Source: Armatimonadota bacterium
Lineage (GTDB): Bacteria > Armatimonadota > UBA5829
Reading direction: 5' to 3'
Assembly: GCA_029907315.1 (NCBI GenBank)
Contig: JARYME010000005.1
Coordinates: 1-53,579, forward strand
DNA: 53,579 nt
Shown here: positions 49,867 to 53,579 of the stretch, piece after piece
Layout of the letters: every line of letters starts with the position of its first letter
Position numbering within the stretch: position 1 is the first letter of the stretch
Notes under the pieces: model-generated
The model's input: the letters and a program-made list of their open reading frames with translations, nothing else
What the model was told of the DNA's origin: nothing
Databases searched by the model: none
Position numbers and translations under genes: made by a program

Positions 49867-51060
49867 ATGAAGTACCTATTAGTTGTGTTCGACGGGATGG
49901 CTGACGAACCGCTGGATGAGCTCGACGGCAAAACCCCAATGCAAGTTGCGAAGAAGCCCTATATGGACGATTTGGCATCTAGAAGCCTTGTCGGAACAGC
50001 AGTTACGACTCCTGAGGGCATGGCACCAGGCAGCGATATAACCAACATGGCGATATTGGGATACGATCCTCGAGATTACTACACAGGTAGAGGTGCCATC
50101 GAGGCTGCAAGCCTGGACATACCACTTGAGAGATCCGACATCGTGTTCCGAGCAAATCTTATCTCCACTGACGGCGAGCGGATGCTGGACTCAACCGGTG
50201 GTCACATCTCAACGGAGGAGGCACGTGAACTTATCATTCTTATCGACGAGAAACTGCGCACAAACGTCATTCGGTTCTATCCCGGAGTAAGCTACCGGCA
50301 CATAATGGTGTGGCATAAAGGGCCACGAGAGATTCAGTGCACAGCACCTTACAAGTTCCAGGATCAACCCTTTAAACACTACTATCCGGTAGGGGATGGC
50401 GCAGATAAGTTGATCAGGTTAATGGAAGATTCTTACGAAATCTTAGACTGCCACCCGATAAACCGCCGACGGAGAGAAGAGGGACTTCTGCCCGCCAATA
50501 TGATTTGGTTCTGGGGAGAAAGCACAGCCCCGCAAATGCCGAGCTTCTTTCAACGATTTGGTAAGATCGGTGCGGTGGTTGCCGCTGTCGATCTGATACG
50601 CGGTTTGGGGAAGTTGGTCGGTTTGAAAGTCATCGACGTACCCGGTGCAACTGGTTATGTAGACACAAACTATCTTGGCAAAGGGCAGTATGCGGTTCGT
50701 GCCCTTGACAGCTATGACTTCGTATGGGTGCATGTCGAGGCACCTGATGAAGCAGGGCACGAGAAAAACATCGACAAGAAGATCGAGGCTATACAAGAAT
50801 GTGATCAAAAGGTCCTGGGAACTATCTTGGACGGTATCAAAAAACGCGGCTATGACGTAAGAATACTCCTTATGCCGGATCATAGAACGCCGATTTCTTC
50901 TGGTTCTCATTCGGAGGGACCTGTCCCATTCCTGCTCTTTGATTCGACGAAGCCGGAGAGAAACCACATTCCCTTCGATGAACGCGCAGTAGAAGATGCA
51001 AAAGTGCGAGTCGACTACGCTCCCGAGCTGATGGATATGCTCTTCCGGACAGAAGAGTAG
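49867..51060 (+). CDS. ApgM-like cofactor-independent phosphoglycerate mutase family protein (proposed homoserine kinase subfamily)
   Basis: 'DGMAD', 'PGSD', 'YTGRGAIEA', 'HVEAPDEAGH', 'PDHRTP'; located in the hom-thrC cluster. Confidence 0.9.
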   Translation: MKYLLVVFDGMADEPLDELDGKTPMQVAKKPYMDDLASRSLVGTAVTTPEGMAPGSDITNMAILGYDPRDYYTGRGAIEAASLDIPLERSDIVFRANLISTDGERMLDSTGGHISTEEARELIILIDEKLRTNVIRFYPGVSYRHIMVWHKGPREIQCTAPYKFQDQPFKHYYPVGDGADKLIRLMEDSYEILDCHPINRRRREEGLLPANMIWFWGESTAPQMPSFFQRFGKIGAVVAAVDLIRGLGKLVGLKVIDVPGATGYVDTNYLGKGQYAVRALDSYDFVWVHVEAPDEAGHEKNIDKKIEAIQECDQKVLGTILDGIKKRGYDVRILLMPDHRTPISSGSHSEGPVPFLLFDSTKPERNHIPFDERAVEDAKVRVDYAPELMDMLFRTEE

Positions 51061-51064
51061 TCAG

Positions 51065-52444
51065 ATGGACTGCCTACCTAACGTTCTCAGAGCTGTGCCT
51101 CAGTATCATATGTTCTCCCCTGGCGACCGCGTGCTTGTTGCAGTCTCAGGTGGTCCGGATTCTGTTGCAATGCTGCATGCGCTACACGCCTCCGCAGAAA
51201 AACTGGGTATTGCACTTTGTGTGGCTCACTTCAACCATTGCTTGCGAGGATCCGAATCAGATCAAGACGAGCGGTTTGTTGCTGAGCTTGCAGAGACTCT
51301 CAGCTTGCCTTGCAGGATCGGTCGGGGTGATGTAGGAGGTTATCGGAAGGAAACCGGGCTGGGCGAAGAGGAAGCAGCTCGAGAACTACGGTATAAGTTT
51401 TTACACAATTGCTTATCAGAGTTGCACTGTAACAAACTCGCTGTCGGACACACAGCTGATGATCGCGCAGAGACGGTTCTGCTGAACATACTGCGTGGAA
51501 CAGGACTTGAGGGTCTGGCTTCTATGCGCGCAGTATCGAGTTACACAGTGAGACCGCTGATTGAAACGTGGCGAACCGAGGTCATCGATTACCTACACGC
51601 GAACGGCATCGCGTACAGAATCGACAGTTCGAATCTCGACGTCTCATACTTGCGAAATCGCATCAGGCTGCAGCTTTTGCCACTACTGGAGCAGGATTAC
51701 AACCCTCAGGTGAAAGCCGCGTTGCTTCGTCTTGGCAAGCTTTCCGAGCGAGACCATGATGCTTTGAGTCAGCTCGCCTCACAGGTTGCTGTCGCTGTTG
51801 AGTGCGGATCGGTACTTGATGCGCGGCTCGTGTCAGGGCTTTTGCCGGCAGTAGCCGCAGAGCTTATTCGAGAGGAGATACAAAGAGTCAGGGGCAATCT
51901 GGCAGATATAACCTACGAGCACATAGATCGCATCGTGACAGCCGTTCTGAGCGGCGAGGACTTTGCGATGGAACTACCTGGGGGTAGCATTGTTGTGGAG
52001 AAGCGCGGCACTGAGTTACGCGTCGTTCCTTGCGAAACCTCAAAACAGCAGGTCGAACCATTCGAAATAGAACTTTCCGTACCCGGGCTTACACATATCC
52101 CGACCTTGGGCGTGAGCATAGATGCGCAAGTGCTTGAAAAAGTTCGGGTCTTGCAAGTGAAGCCTACCGTGGCTCTGCTTGATGCGGAAAAGATTAGCGG
52201 TAAGCTGCGTGTTCGAAATCCTAGACCTGGGGATCGGATACGGCCGTTTGGGATGCAGGGGAGAAAAAAGCTTCAAGACGTTTTTGTCGACAAAAAGATT
52301 CCGCCTTCTGAGCGCCGCAGAGCTGCTGTGGTTGTCGATGACGAGAAGGTGCTATGGGTGGTGGGCGTCACGGCGTCTGAAGAAGCAAGGATCACAGAGC
52401 ACACTAGCTGCATTATACGCTTGGTTGCAGTGCCTGATCAATGA
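51065..52444 (+). CDS. tilS: tRNA(Ile)-lysidine synthetase
   Basis: 'AVSGGPDS', 'EEAARELRY', 'GHTADDRAET', 'RNRIR' and a C-terminal TilS domain. Confidence 0.96.
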   Translation: MDCLPNVLRAVPQYHMFSPGDRVLVAVSGGPDSVAMLHALHASAEKLGIALCVAHFNHCLRGSESDQDERFVAELAETLSLPCRIGRGDVGGYRKETGLGEEEAARELRYKFLHNCLSELHCNKLAVGHTADDRAETVLLNILRGTGLEGLASMRAVSSYTVRPLIETWRTEVIDYLHANGIAYRIDSSNLDVSYLRNRIRLQLLPLLEQDYNPQVKAALLRLGKLSERDHDALSQLASQVAVAVECGSVLDARLVSGLLPAVAAELIREEIQRVRGNLADITYEHIDRIVTAVLSGEDFAMELPGGSIVVEKRGTELRVVPCETSKQQVEPFEIELSVPGLTHIPTLGVSIDAQVLEKVRVLQVKPTVALLDAEKISGKLRVRNPRPGDRIRPFGMQGRKKLQDVFVDKKIPPSERRRAAVVVDDEKVLWVVGVTASEEARITEHTSCIIRLVAVPDQ

Positions 52445-53579
52445 TCTCTGCCGTGTGCACGGCTTTTTGACTCATACCGCGGTGGACGAAAGAATCCCGA
52501 AGCTGCATTATACACGCAGGACAACCGGCGGCAGCGATTTGTGCTCCGGATTCTGAGATACACTGCAATTTGACCGCAGCTACTTCCTGTGACAGGTCCG
52601 GATGAAATAGACTAAACGTACCCCCTCCGCCACAGCACCTGTCCGCTTGTTTCATTTCTACAAACCGATCACCGAGTGCGGCGGCGAGAAGATGCCGGGG
52701 TTCCGTGTATACGCTCATACCTCGGCGCAGGTGACACGAATCGTGGTATGTTACGGCCTCTGGGGTTTCGAGGCGCACTATCATTCGTTCGTTCACATAC
52801 CGCGCCACTAACTCAGTGATGTCCATGACTTTCGATGCTATCTTGTCGGCGTCTTCTACACCCAATGTGTTGGCCCATTCGTGTTTAATAGTCAGGCCGC
52901 ACGAACCGCAAGATGTAACGACCGCCTCCACATCGGCTTCAAGCATAATGCGAACATTTCTGCTTGCCAGAACGCGAGCCATTTCCAAGTCCCCAGAGTT
53001 GAAGACCGGTGTCGAGCAGCATACCAGGTTGTGTGGAATCAGAACCTCAGCGCCCAGCTTTCTCAGAATGCTTACCACGGCAAGTCCCATTTCCGGGTAT
53101 AAGAAGTTTATTGCACATCCTGGAAAGTAGAGGACTTTGATCTTGGTTTCGCCCAACGGGAGTATTCTTTCACGAAGGCGCGACATCAAGGTCCGGCGGC
53201 CGAGGATGGGCAAGTCTTTGTCGCGTCTGAGGCCCACAAGGGGAAGTAAATGTCTGAGCGGGTTATTCTGAAGCTCTATGGCACTGACTTGCTGGACTAT
53301 ACCAAAACCCTTGAGCACCCATGCCATAAGACGAGGTCTGCTCAACCCCACGCGGAACACCAGTCGCTTTATCGGGTGGATACCGTAACGCCTCGCATAG
53401 ACAGCTCGCATAGCAAGTGCGATCATATTCGGCTCGACTCCACTCGGGCATTCATAGGCGCAGGCTCGACAGTTAAGACACCGCTCCATTTGGTATCTGA
53501 CGCCTGAACTGGCCTGAAGCTCGCCGGCCATTACTGCCTTCGCAAGTCTTACTTTAGCGCGCGGTGAAGTAGTTTCGAC
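52413..53579 (-). CDS. GlcF-like Fe-S protein with two CCG domains (5'-truncated by the window edge)
   Basis: 'CLNCRACAYECPSGV', 'FPGC', 'CCS', 'YHDSCHL', 'CCGGGG', 'CPAC'. The frame stays open to 53579 (VETTSPRAKVRLAKAVM...). Confidence 0.88.
   Translation of the reverse strand, partial: VETTSPRAKVRLAKAVMAGELQASSGVRYQMERCLNCRACAYECPSGVEPNMIALAMRAVYARRYGIHPIKRLVFRVGLSRPRLMAWVLKGFGIVQQVSAIELQNNPLRHLLPLVGLRRDKDLPILGRRTLMSRLRERILPLGETKIKVLYFPGCAINFLYPEMGLAVVSILRKLGAEVLIPHNLVCCSTPVFNSGDLEMARVLASRNVRIMLEADVEAVVTSCGSCGLTIKHEWANTLGVEDADKIASKVMDITELVARYVNERMIVRLETPEAVTYHDSCHLRRGMSVYTEPRHLLAAALGDRFVEMKQADRCCGGGGTFSLFHPDLSQEVAAVKLQCISESGAQIAAAGCPACIMQLRDSFVHRGMSQKAVHTAEIIDQALQPSV

Overview
This is a gene-dense bacterial chromosome segment made mostly of housekeeping genes. 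No rRNA, tRNA, CRISPR array, transposase or prophage was seen. It combines outer-membrane LPS transport genes (LptD, LptF/G) with Firmicutes-like gene order (SigH-like sigma, PIN/TRAM-ispDF, secDF-recJ-rel-dtd-MBL). That mix, plus two secreted proteins with a distinctive C-terminal module, suggests a diderm Terrabacteria lineage, probably Armatimonadota (inference). In order: sigH-like, lptD and lptF/G on the minus strand; a complete F1Fo ATP synthase operon; a secreted transglutaminase; nuoABCD only; PIN/TRAM; ispDF; a 6S RNA missed by the ORF track; a class II photolyase; two tandem secreted paralogs; an orphan radical SAM enzyme; a stand-alone dnaN; TPR, a RACE-type ASKHA activator and a corrinoid protein; two ArnE/F-like small transporters with two GT-C-like membrane proteins; folE-folB; secDF-recJ-rel-dtd-TPR-MBL; accB-hom-thrC-purC-apgM-like-tilS; and a truncated GlcF-like Fe-S protein. 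The best candidates for undescribed biology are (i) the shared C-terminal module of the tandem secreted proteins, a possible lineage-specific sorting or anchoring domain, (ii) the flippase-pair plus dual GT-C surface glycosylation cassette next to a corrinoid module lacking methyltransferases, and (iii) several unexplained structured intergenic elements (27.3 kb, 36.4 kb, 36.6 kb, 43.5 kb). All product calls come from motif recognition by eye; no database searches were run.
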